Shown piece by piece: positions 25,263-36,645 of a stretch of DNA of 64,000 nucleotides. A program made the translations under genes and the position numbers. Below the pieces are notes generated by a model. It worked only from the letters and a program-made list of their open reading frames with translations, was not told the DNA's origin and ran no database searches. This DNA is from Podarcis erhardii (Eukaryota), in assembly GCA_964252035.1 (NCBI GenBank), contig OZ176202.1. One strand, given 5' to 3'. The stretch's first letter is position 1; each line of letters begins with the position of its first letter.

Positions 25263-27130
25263 ATTACCATATATCCATATGGTACTAGTTCTGCTGCTGC
25301 CATCCACTTCAGATAGGGCTGCAAGTCAGTAATGGGTCCCAACCCACTAGTGAAAGACCAGTAGTCTTACCAAGGTGGTAAATCCACCTTGGGCTTGCCC
25401 ATAAAAAGCAAGTCTAAAGTAGGAGACTAGGGCTATGCCCAATGTTTCCTGGAACTCTTCTCATTCTGAGATTTTTCTGGTGAGCTGAGAGTTTGTTTGG
25501 ACACTGGGTGAGATCCCAGTGGCTAAGAGTGAGAGAGTGTCAGAAGGAAAATAAACTGATGTTTGATTTTTATATATTAGCAACTTTGTATTAATGTTAC
25601 AATTTTATATGTAACTGTGTGTTTTTGTAACATTTTGTTTAAGTTGCCTGTTGTTGCTTCAGTTTTCTGTATGCCACTTAGATACATATTTTAATAGATT
25701 AAACAGTATAGAAATTAAGTAATCAAATGCTTTGTTATTGTTGGCATCCTTCTGTTTCCATAGTCAATGGAAGAGTATGTCATCGGGTTTAAAGTATAAC
25801 AGTTGGAGAGTTCTGGGCATACAGAGAAGACAGGAATATATGAATCCAAGCATAAAATTGGCATCTGTTCACAGAAGGAGGTGTTTTGGAGAGTTTCATC
25901 ACCTGCTGTGGCTGTAGAGACCAATATGGGAGAGATATGTTTTATTGCAGGTGGGGCAGATGGAGGCAGATGCACCACGACATTTCTTCTCTCTGTGCTC
26001 CTCCCAGCAGTCAAATAAATGTATACACATGTATATTCATGTTCCATTAAACATACAACCTGCCATCACGTTAATGTTAAATTAGTGATGTTACAAGTAC
26101 ATCTATTGGACTGTATTAGATGGTCTTTCAAGATGGTCTTTCTGGATGCAAAGAGAGAGAAAAACATTGTTTGAAATCAGAGTTCTTCTATATAAAATGC
26201 ATCAAAGATGTGCCTACTCAGGAGTAGATTAAAGGACATATAAATCTCACATTGAATAAAATTAGGATATCAATACTGGTTATACCTCTGACATACAACT
26301 CACACTATTATTCTCCTGTGAGAACTCCTTTACGGAGGGCAACATTCTTCACTGTTGTTCACCATATCCTAATCCACCATTAAAAAATCCCATCCCTGCA
26401 GTACCATGGAAATTATCCTTATTCAGGTGTACTACTGTTTCATGTTATATAATTAGAAAAACAGCTTTGTGGTGGTGATGTTCTTATGTTCAGAAATCAT
26501 AAAGCAGCCCCCAATCTCTTGAGAAATCATATTGATGTGGCGAGATGCACTCAAGCTGGAGGTTACTTTGTAATGTAATTAGCATACTTGCTAATCCATC
26601 CCTCAGGTGTTTTTAAGGGCCAATTAGAAAAGAGAAGATTAAAAAATCAGACTAACACTTCTACTGATATAGAAGAGATCTGAAGCTTTTGAAATGGTAT
26701 ATAGGCATTTAAACTGTCCAACAAACATGGATCCCTCCCCCCTCCCCAATTTCTGGTTTGATTCAACCTGAAATAAAAAGGAGAAAAGGAAACCTTTGAT
26801 CTGAAACTTTTGATCTGCATTAGTTGCTCCCTATATAAACTTGTGATGTCCAGAAACGATTATAAATCATTTGGGCACTGAGTGCCTGTTGGCAGAATGA
26901 AAATTCATTTAGCTCACAGTGTGGCTCATTTAAAATATAGTTGTTCAACTTTTAAAGCTAAGTGCCCTGGACATTTTCAACCTTTTGCCTCATTAACTGC
27001 ATGTATATTAAAATACCTCTTGATTTAACTGAGACAATAGTTATAATACCCAGGAGCAGATGAGATGTTATTCCTGCGATTGTCTCCAAAGTGATATGCA
27101 GATAGTTTAGAACTGCTGCCATATCCATTA

Positions 27131-27456
27131 AAGGTAGAGGGACCCCTGACCATTAGGTCCAGTCACGGACGACTCTGGGGTTGTGGTGCTCATCTCACTT
27201 TATTGGCCGAGGGAGCCGGCATACATGACTAAGCCGCTTCTGGTGAACCAGATCAGTGCACGGAAACGCTGTTCACCTTCCCGCCGGAGCGGTACCTATT
27301 TATCTACTTGCACTTTGACATGCTTTTGAACTGTTAGGTTGGCAGGAGCAGGGACCAAGCAACGGCAGCTCTCCCCATCGCAGGGATTTGAACTGCCGAC
27401 CTTCTGATCGGCAAGTCTTGGGCTCTGTGGTTTAACCCACAGCACCACCCGCATCC
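27131..27456 (-). mobile_element. Sauria SINE with short internal deletion
   Basis: Reverse complement of the 4599/33738 type. Lacks the CAGCTTCCGGGTCATGTGGCCAG segment present in the 63141 copy. 15-bp TSD CTGCCATATCCATTA at 27116-27130 and 27457-27471. Confidence 0.95.
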
Positions 27457-28443
27457 CTGCCATATCCATTAGTTAATAACTAATACTGTTACTTTTGGTC
27501 ACTTTGATTCCCCCCCCCCCACACGCACATACACCTGAATTACAATACTGCATACTGGTGATAACCTAATTTATGCTACATTATAAATGTGTATAGAGAA
27601 TACAGAGTAAGAATTTTTTTACTCCTGAATATGCTGTGTTTCCACCCATATAGGGTGTACTCCATCTCCTTTCATAGTGGTGTTTATTGCAAGTCTTTGG
27701 AAGTAAATGTCTATCACACTGCGCTGACCTCCCTGCCACCTTTTCCATTCTCCTCTTTCCCAGTAAGTGGCAGTAACACCACTGCCAGGCTGTCCACCTG
27801 GAGTCCCAGGTGAGTGGATAATGTGGCTGTACCCCGACCAGCAAGCTGCTTCTGTTAGTAGGCTACAAACTTCCCTTGTGCACCAAATTTTCCTTGATTC
27901 TCAAAGTGTCTTTAGAACAATCGTTCACGCTGATGCTTTTCCTTTGGCAATTTCATGTCAACCATTTGTGACATTTTGTATTATCAGACATTAATAACTG
28001 TTGCAACATTTTTTATTATTAGATGTCAAATTATATCACCATGCTAACTTAGGGGGGCATGCACACATTCTTAAATTTAAACTTTTTTTTTTTAATCTTA
28101 ACACTGGTTTAAAGCTGAACATGTAACATTTTGGCGCACGAGATTAAAAATGCAGGTGCTTTGCCCTTCCTGATGCTGGACAGAATTTGGCTTAGCATTA
28201 TAACTGTACCTGGACTCATGATAGCCTCCTCTCCAACAAACCATGAGTGGTAAGCCCAGAACAAAACTTTGTTACAGCTCATGGTTTGTTTGGAGATAAA
28301 CAAACTAAGAGTCATGCTTGGGATGCAGTGCTAAGCCAGCCCAAGACATAGCTTACATCAGGAGCAAATGTCGCATTCACCTTTAAATCATAGCTATAAC
28401 TATGATCAAAAGGATATGTTATTAAATATGTTATTAAAATATA

Positions 28444-28695
28444 GAGTCATACCTCATGTTTCATTTGCTTCAGGTTGAACGTTTTCAGGTTGCGTCCTGT
28501 GGCGACCAAGAAGTACCGGAAAGGGTTACTTCCGGGTTTCGCCGCTCGCACATGCGCAAACGCGCAAAATGACATCACGTGCATGCGCAGAAGCGGCGAA
28601 TCGTGACCCGCAGACGCACAGATGCAGGTTGCATTCTGCTCATGTTGTGAATGGGCCTCCGGAACGGATCCCATTCGCAACCAGAGGTACCACTG
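28444..28695. mobile_element. Tc1/mariner (Tigger-like) MITE, CpG-rich subfamily
   Basis: Right end AACCAGAGGTACCACTG+TA matches the 568/62119 TIR. Left end TA+GAGTCATACCTC is a degenerate TIR. Confidence 0.8.
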
Positions 28696-29175
28696 TACTT
28701 CTGTCCCCTAGCAACAATAGGAAACAGTGACATCTAAAAAAGGCACAGGTGTGTGGCTTGGGGGATTGTTTGTTGCTTAATGCGATGAACAATCCAGTCC
28801 ATTTCAAGCACCAGCAGTCTCGTGGCTTTCAGTTGGGATAGAATGCAAACTGAAATTAATGGAACTTAAAAGTGCTTACCTTTAACTGAATCATCCCATG
28901 TTTTCCACTTGGTAAAAGGCTATTACTTTAATATCATGCATTTTCCTCAAAGGTAGCCTCTCATAGTCAATGTTTACAAAATGTGATAAATTATTTCACA
29001 GCTAGGGTTACAATTGCAGAAGTGCAGGTGGTGCATTAGCCACATGCAGCGCAATTTATACTGTTTTGACTAATAGGCAATCTGGAAGCCATAGGTAGAG
29101 CACAATTTGTCAGCGTTCTCTAGGAGTACAATGCAAATGCCTAGGCTAAACTTGGTTTAGGTCCAGAATCTAGTT

Positions 29176-29177
<2 letters not shown>

Positions 29178-29211
<34 letters not shown>
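29178..29211. repeat. (GT)17 microsatellite
   Basis: Direct reading of the sequence. Confidence 0.97.
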
Positions 29212-29212
<1 letters not shown>

Positions 29213-30707
29213 GTCATTCAGCACTTTTGCTAAAAAAAAAGGAAGAAAGAATGACAAATGACTTTCTATTTAATTCTCATTATTGAGCAGTTTGAAAAAC
29301 AACACACATGGCAGGGAGAAGGCAACGGGAAAAATATGTGAAATATTGTCTTATAATGATTAAAATTGTTTGGAAAATTCATTCAAGCTTTACACAACTC
29401 ATTGGACACCATTAAAAAGCCTGGATCTTAGTTGTGATTGCACACTAAGAAAGATTTCAGAGAAACACCAAGGGAATGCAGACGGTTCTGCTGGTTATTA
29501 TAATGTTGGAGTTGATTTTTTAACAGAGTCCTTCAATTCCTTCAGAGAGAATAAAACATAGCACAAATTTACAAATTCTGGTACCAAATAAGTAGCATAG
29601 CGTAGATAATGCCCCATTTTTGCATATTTAGTATCTGGTATATAATTGGTAGACACTGCTATGTGTCTAATTCTAATTTTGAATGGGCCACAAAACAGGT
29701 TTTTCTAGTGGCAAGGCATGTTGATTTCAATGGAACTTACACCTGAGTAAGCATACATCAGAAGCCTGAAAGTCTTGTGAGGTTTTTAGCAGTGTTAAAG
29801 AGAAGAAAGAGGTAAGAGAAAGAAAATAGTCACTGCAAACCAGTCATTTATTGGATTTTCAAGATAGGTCACTTAAAGGCTGCTTCCTAATCCATTACTG
29901 CATGAGGCTGATATTTTAGCTTTGAACCAAAGTAAATTATAAACCTTTAGAAAAGTTGTTCAGCTTCAAATAGGCTAACAAATGAAAATTGATTACAAAT
30001 TGAGAACTGGATGTTAGTCCAAATCCAGCTCAGCTGAAGGTCATTTCTGCACCTAGTTGCTGCTTACTGCTACATAAAATTACGTACTTTTATTGACTAA
30101 GGCTTCCTGAATTAAATGCAGGCATTTATGAATCTGCTTTTTCTTGAAATTGTTTGGGTATTGTTGCTTGGGTATTCTAAGAAATGACAACAAAATCTGT
30201 GCAGTTTTGAAAGGTTCAAGCCACTGTCTCAGTTGTGTTCAATTGCATCCAAATATTGACGAAGAGTTGCTCCTCGATCTCAGGAGCAAAATTTGGTTAC
30301 AATATCATAAGAGGCATCCCAGTGCATAGCGAGCAAGCAACTTTCCAAAATATATATAGTAGATGCTATGGCACACTTCTCCAAGTGACTTTGTCAAGCA
30401 AAAGCATTTATTTAATTTAAATATTTATAAACCACGCTTTCATAGATAATTTAACAAGACAGTGTACGGCATGAAAACAAAAATAAAATTACATTTATAA
30501 AAACATCAGTAAAAAATAGCTGGCCAAAAAAAAAATATGTTTCTGAAGCTGTCTAAACAATACAGTGTTTAAAAGATCTCTAAAACAAAGCAGGAATAAC
30601 TTCTGCTGAACTTCTGTTGGCAAGGTACTGTATATCCAGAGTTGTGTGAGTGGCACTAACTGGGCTTTCCCACACCTGCCTTCCTATGACAATTCCTTAC
30701 ACATCCT

Positions 30708-31331
30708 TTTTTTTTTTTAAATATTTATTAAGGTTTTTTTAGATATAAATGCACACATAAAACAATCTTGCTTCTATCACAACAAATTCTTCGCTTCTTT
30801 GGACTCCCTCACGTCCCCCTCTCCCATTTACATCGTTAAAATTTTTTTCCAAACAAATTATCAACTTGTTTACAATCTCATGTCCACACATTCAAATATA
30901 ATCTAGCACTTTTTCCAATAAAATTTTTATATTTTCTTTAATCTCACTTAGCATCAAATTTAAATCTAGTTTAGTGGTGGCCAATTTTTTATAATCTAGC
31001 ATCCTTCTTAACATTCAAGCAAATTACAATATTTTTGTAAATACATCTTGAATTTCTCCCAGTCTTCCTCCATCTTCTCTTCTCCCAGATCACGGATTCT
31101 GCCAGTCATCTCGGCCAGTTGCATATAGTCCATCAGCTGTATCTGCCAGTCTTCCAGTGTGGGTAGATCTTGAGTTTTCCAGTTTTTTGCGATGAGAATC
31201 CTTGCTGCCGTTGTTGCATACATAAAAAATGTTCGGTCCTTCTTTAACACCTTCTGGCCGACAATACCCAGAAGGAAGGAAGGCCTCTGGTTTCTGGAAG
31301 GCCTCTGGTTTCTGGAAGGCCTCTGGTTTCT
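30708..31331 (-). mobile_element. L1-clade LINE 3' end, 5'-truncated (copy A)
   Basis: ORF2 C-terminus KPEAFLLGIVGQKVLKKDRTFFMYATTAARILIAKNWK...YLQKYCNLLEC* (stop at 31008-31010), about 290-nt 3' UTR, AATAAA (30724-30729, minus), poly(A). 19-bp TSD ACAATTCCTTACACATCCT at 30689-30707 and 31364-31382. Confidence 0.93.
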
Positions 31332-32275
31332 TTACAATTCTTTACAATTCTTTACAATTCTTTACAATTCCTTACACATCCTGTCAGGATTATCCAGAAC
31401 AGTATCACTCAGAGGCATTGCAGTGGGGAGAGGAATCAGTAAAAATCAGGTAGCAGCACCTAATCTAAAGTTTAGTGAATCTGATTATAGGAATATTATG
31501 AGACTGATGGAGCCTTTGCAGGACTTAGAAGCAACTGGACTTAAGACTTGGCTGTGGACTTTAACACAGTAAGGACTTTGAAGCAAAGAATCCTTTCTGG
31601 GCTCAAAGAAAGAAGCCTTCATGGAACCTGTATATAGTGTGTATTTTGTGTGCCAAGTAAAACTACTCTGCTAAAAACTGTTTTATTTTGGTGAGCTTAA
31701 TTGCTTCCCTGAAGCATCTGTGAAGCATACACTGAGAACAAGATATATGGGAGGAAGAGAAACACTCTCCCAATGACAACAACTTAGGTGTCTCATCTGC
31801 CTCAGTAGCTTATAAAATTCTCAGATAGACCTCTCAGTTAGGGAATGCAACATTAATCATAAAGCAAAATACAAAAACAAACGTTTTATACTTTTTTACA
31901 AACACAATAGCTTGGGTATGTTCATTAAGGGAATTGTTTATATAATGATTTAAACTGTTGTTTTTTTAAGATAGTAGAATAAGACTGTGTAACTGTACAG
32001 TTGTAAGTTACACATGGTTAAATATACTTAATTATGATTTGTAAGATTCAGGAGAGTCTACCCCAGCTAAATAAGCTCTCAATAGCTTTTCCCTCTGGCC
32101 ATAGTTGCCTAACCTTCACCCTAGCAAAACCACTCACAACCAGGAACAGATGCTACACTGATAATCTTCTGCCTCGGGCTTTTCCTGCTGCTTCTGGCTT
32201 CTAGGATGTTTCAGATATTTAAGGGACTACTTAATGAAATTTTGCCTCTGGTCAGACCTCAGTTTATAGTTTATA

Positions 32276-32371
32276 TCAGTTTATTTGTGGTGCTGGGCTC
32301 TGCTTCACTACCACCTCACAGACCTCAGTTTATTTGTGGTGCTGGGCTCTGCTTCACTACCACCTCACAGA
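32276..32371. repeat. Perfect 47-bp tandem duplication (period 49)
   Basis: TCAGTTTATTTGTGGTGCTGGGCTCTGCTTCACTACCACCTCACAGA at 32276-32322 and 32325-32371. Confidence 0.92.
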
Positions 32372-32999
32372 ACAGTTCTTTGCTCTCCCTGATGCTAATA
32401 GGAAATCAATTCATTGGTTGGTGCATCAAGAAATATAGACACCACAAAAGATAGTAGATCCTTTGTAATTAGTTTTGACTTTGGCCCAAGACAACATGAA
32501 AATGCTTCACAAGAATAATTCCCTTCCCACACTTTTTGAGACCAAATGTGGGATAGTATATAGGAATAACACAGAAATACATTGATAATTTCAATATGGG
32601 CTTACTAAAATATACCTTGCATGCAGCTTCCCTTGCAGTTTGTCTGGAAGCTATAGTTTGTGAAGCATTTTACTGCACAATTACCAAGAGGTGTGAGATC
32701 CCACCAACCAGCAACGTATCTGTTCTAATGTGTGAACTGGCATAACAATTTGATTCTATCATAATTATTGAAGACATGCAGCAAATGCAAAAATAATCTA
32801 AGTCATCGTTAAATCTTTCAATTTGAGTTGCCCGGTATGAACTCCTACTTAAATCCTGCCAGGCTTAGCAGAATGGGAGTTTAAATAAATTCCCATCAGC
32901 CCCCTCCTCTATGGCCAGTGGTCAAGGATGGTGGAAATTGTAGCCCAAAATATCTGGAAGCTGAGGAAGGCTACTTTATAGGGTTAGTAAACACATTTT

Positions 33000-33560
33000 A
33001 AACAGAGGACTACTAAACTCTAAATAAATAGACCCATTAACATACAAAACATCAGGAAAAACTTCCTGTATGACAGTGGAACAGACTCCTGTGAGAGGTC
33101 TGAAGGTGTCCACACCTTCCCACAGCTGCCTATGTCCCCTCCTCTCCCAAGTCTTTCACAAGCAATCTTAGACATGTCCATCTTTGCTCCTCCTGCTTCA
33201 TGCCACTCCTGGTCCTGAGAGACCAGTGGGAAAGGGAGCTTGCTACAGCTGGAGGGGGAGAAACCCATGCTTCTTCACCAATTGGACTCATCTCTGCCTC
33301 TTGGCCTCCCTCGTCCCACTCTCCTGCTTCTGTTTCTGATTTTGGACTTCCCTCTGCCGCAAACTCTCCTTTCTCACCAACCCTTACTCTCTCTTCAGCT
33401 TCCAACACCTCCTCCTCCCATCCTTTTCCCTCTTCTCCTTCTGACCACTCATTGTCACCCTACCACCAATCTGCAGGCTCTGAGCCTTCTTCCCCTGGGG
33501 GTTCCCCAGCTAGTTTCTCCCACAACTCCTCTGCACCCAACCAAACACTCAACCATGAAA
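33000..33560 (-). mobile_element. Putative LTR-like element with Glu/Gly/Ser-rich tract
   Basis: Minus strand starts TTTCATGG (one mismatch from TGTCATGG), followed by a GA-rich open frame (ORF 33130-33408 and upstream). Same layout as 4320-5271. Left boundary uncertain. Confidence 0.35.
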
Positions 33561-33561
33561 C

Positions 33562-33720
33562 TCCCTGAGTGACCTTGGCCCAGTCACCGTATCTTAGCCT
33601 AACCTACCTCACAGAGTTGTTGTGAGGATGAAATGGGGAGGAGGAGAACCATGTGGACCACCTTGAGATCCTTGGAAGATAAAGGTGGTATATAAATGTA
33701 ATAAATAAATAAATATTTCC
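33562..33720 (+). mobile_element. Squam3/MIR-like SINE, 3' part
   Basis: GAGTGACCTTGGCCCAGTCAC...CCTACCTCACAGAGTTGTTGTGAGGATGAAA core and (AAAT)n tail. Confidence 0.75.
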
Positions 33721-33737
33721 TTACTATGGTAAGCAAA

Positions 33738-34099
33738 GGGACGCGGGTGGCGCTGTGGGTTAAACCACAGAGCTTGGACTTGCCGATCAGAAGGTTGGCG
33801 GTTCAAATCCCTGCGATGGGGTGAGCTCCCATTGTTCGGTCCCTGCTCCTGCCAACCTAGCAGTTCAAAAGCATGTCAAAGTGCAAGTAGATAAATAGGT
33901 ACCGCTCCAGCGGGAAGGCAAACGGCATTTCCTGTACACTGCTCTGGTTCACCAGAAGCAGCTTAGTCATGCTGGTCACATGACCCGGAAGCTGTACACC
34001 AGCTCCCTTGGCCAATAAAGCGAGATGAGCGCCACAACCCCAGAGTCGGTCACAGCTGGACCTAATGGTCAGGGGTCCCTTTACCTTTACCTTTACCTT
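33738..34099 (+). mobile_element. Sauria SINE, full length
   Basis: GGGACGCGGGTGGCGCTGTGGG head and (TTTACC)n tail. 12-bp TSD TATGGTAAGCAA at 33725-33736 and 34100-34111. Confidence 0.96.
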
Positions 34100-36131
34100 T
34101 ATGGTAAGCAAGACATTTGTTTTGGTTATAACTCAGGGAATTTGTCTCTTAAAAGATATGTGGATCATGATCTAGACACCACTATGTACAGCTCACCTAT
34201 GTTGGCGCATTCACACTGAAACAGTAAGAAACTGGCATAACACAGTAGTTAACAGGATGACTCATGAACTTGCCTCATGCTAACCACCATTGTCTCAGCC
34301 TCTGCTCTGAAACGTAAGGGCAAAAATATTGACCTGATTTACAGGGCTTCTGTAATAAATATTGAAATAACTTATGTGAAACATTTGGAAGATGGTGATG
34401 ATATAGCAGTAGCAGTAGCAACTATCTGAGGGCTTTTCAGTCCAGAGCTCAGTTACACTTAGTAAATTAGCCTTAAATCTGCATAGTTACACTGGAATTA
34501 TGGCTTTATAACCTGCATCATTGATATCAAAATGTTTAAAACCATTTTAGTACAATTACTAAGGTTTCATTAGGCTGTGGATCAGGCAGCAAATAACCTC
34601 ACCCCTGACTCCTGAGAAGACAAACAGACAGATATGTAGATAGATACTACTGTTTTATATAGTTAACAGGATATCATACAAATAAAATTTAAAATAGACT
34701 GGAGAGTAGGTCATGAATAATTCCATTTTCTCTAAATGTAAAGTTGCTAACAAAGGAAGGAGTCTCTCCTTAGCTGAAGAAATATCAGTTAACTGAGTAA
34801 GAATTTTAAATAAGCTCTGTTCTGCTTGGTTGACAGTTCTGTTTAGTCCTGAATATCAACTAAAAGTATTCTGAAATCCCTAATTGGAGTGGGAGTCCAT
34901 AGTGAAGTTATGAGCTTGGTAGGCTGAATATTTTGACAGTGGAATTCCTTAGAAAGAACAGACTGCAGCCAAATCTTCATGCAAGCAGAAGTATCTGTTT
35001 CCCCCCTCCCCATTACAGCCACCACCCCACCTCTAATGAGGTTCAGAGGACCCTTCATTAAGTACCAGGATATGAGGCAGGAAGTGCAGGGGGAAAGGTG
35101 GTTGGAGGTGGTGTGAGCAAGCAGAGCTGCTGTGGTGGGGAGCATGTGACAGGTCCTTCCCCTTACAGGGATATCCTTGTAAGAACACAATGTTACATAC
35201 AACTCAAGCAACTTCTAATTCTGTTTATGTGATTGGAGTGGTTTGTCAAGAAGCTATTGTAGCATTCCAGGGATTATGTCTCCAAATGATTCATGTGTTG
35301 CAGATCATGATGTTGGTTTGGTTACAGTAGTATCTTTCCATTGGCTATAAAATTACACCAGCGTATGGGCTCATCCAGACTTCCTTTTGTGCTGTGTTTC
35401 TAGGCACAGGTCTGTGCTTTAAAGCACCATGTCTGAGCAGCTTTATTTACTTAGTTGCCCTGGCACTTTCCCCAGGGAAAACTGCTCTTTACTGGCGAAT
35501 TGGAGCAAACAACTATCTGTGGAAAACCCAAATTGTCATTTGTTCCAATTCAGCATTAAAGAGCAGGTATTCACAGGGAAGGTGCCAGGGCAAAAGAAAA
35601 AGAAAAAAGTGCTCAGATATGATGCACAGACCTGTGCTTAGAAAGCATAGAGCAAAAGCTAAGTGTGGATGAGCCCTTAATTAAGGGCATGATCTAATTA
35701 GACTGTACTTTCATGAGAGTTTCTAGTTTCCTGCTAGAAAGGAGCTACAACTCTTTGTAGCAGCAGGAAGTCTGTTTCCATCCTCCATCCCTGACGTAGT
35801 TTGCTAGGTCAGAGTTGGCAAGGTATCGTCACTTGGTTCCAGCACTTCCATTAACCTCCCTCTCCCCCATTCCTACATTGTTGCCTTTTGGTTGCCTGAA
35901 CTGACACCACCAGTAGAAGTCAATCTAGCAACTACAATCGGCATTCACTGTTGCTGTTGTGTTCAGTCCGCAAACTATACATGATTAATGACCTTTTCCT
36001 AGCACCAGGGAAGTGCACCATGCAACTGCTGAGGAGATTGTAATCCCTGATTATGTGAGTAGCCTGCAGCCACTAGGAATGCTTGGAGAATCTGGATTTG
36101 TGTATGTGTGTGTGTTGCTTTCTCTAAATTA

Positions 36132-36645
36132 TTATTTTTTAAAAAAAAAATATTTATTAAGGTTTTTTTAGATATAAAATGCACACATAAAACAATCTTG
36201 CTTCTATCACAACAAATTCTTCGCTTCTTTGGACTCCCTCACGTCCCCCTCTCCCATTTACGTCGTTAAAAATTTTTTTTCCAAACAAATTATCAACTTG
36301 TTTACAGTCACATGTCCACACATTCAAATATAATCTAGCACTTTTTCCAATAAATTTTTTATATTTTCTTTGATCTCACTTAGCATCAAATTTAAATCTA
36401 GTTTAGTGGTGGCTAATTTTTTATAATCTAGCATCCTTCTTAACATTCAAACAAATTACAATGTTTTTGTAAATACATCTTGAATTTCTCCCAGTCTTCC
36501 TCCATCTTTTCTTCTCCCAGATCTCGGATTCTGCCAGTCATCTCGGCCAGTTGCATATAGTCCATCAGCTGCATCTGCCACTCTTCCAGTGTGGGTAAAT
36601 CTTGAGTTTTCCAATTTTTTGCGATGAGAATCCTTGCTGCCGTTG
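36132..36645 (-). mobile_element. L1-clade LINE 3' end, 5'-truncated (copy B)
   Basis: Near-identical to copy A across the 3' UTR and ORF2 end (stop at 36440-36442). 18-bp TSD GTTGCTTTCTCTAAATTA at 36114-36131 and 36642-36659. Confidence 0.93.

Noticed and set aside
31270-31382. CRISPR-like or designed repeat array
   Set aside because: Contiguous tandem repeats with no spacers, derived from L1 and TSD sequence in a eukaryotic context.
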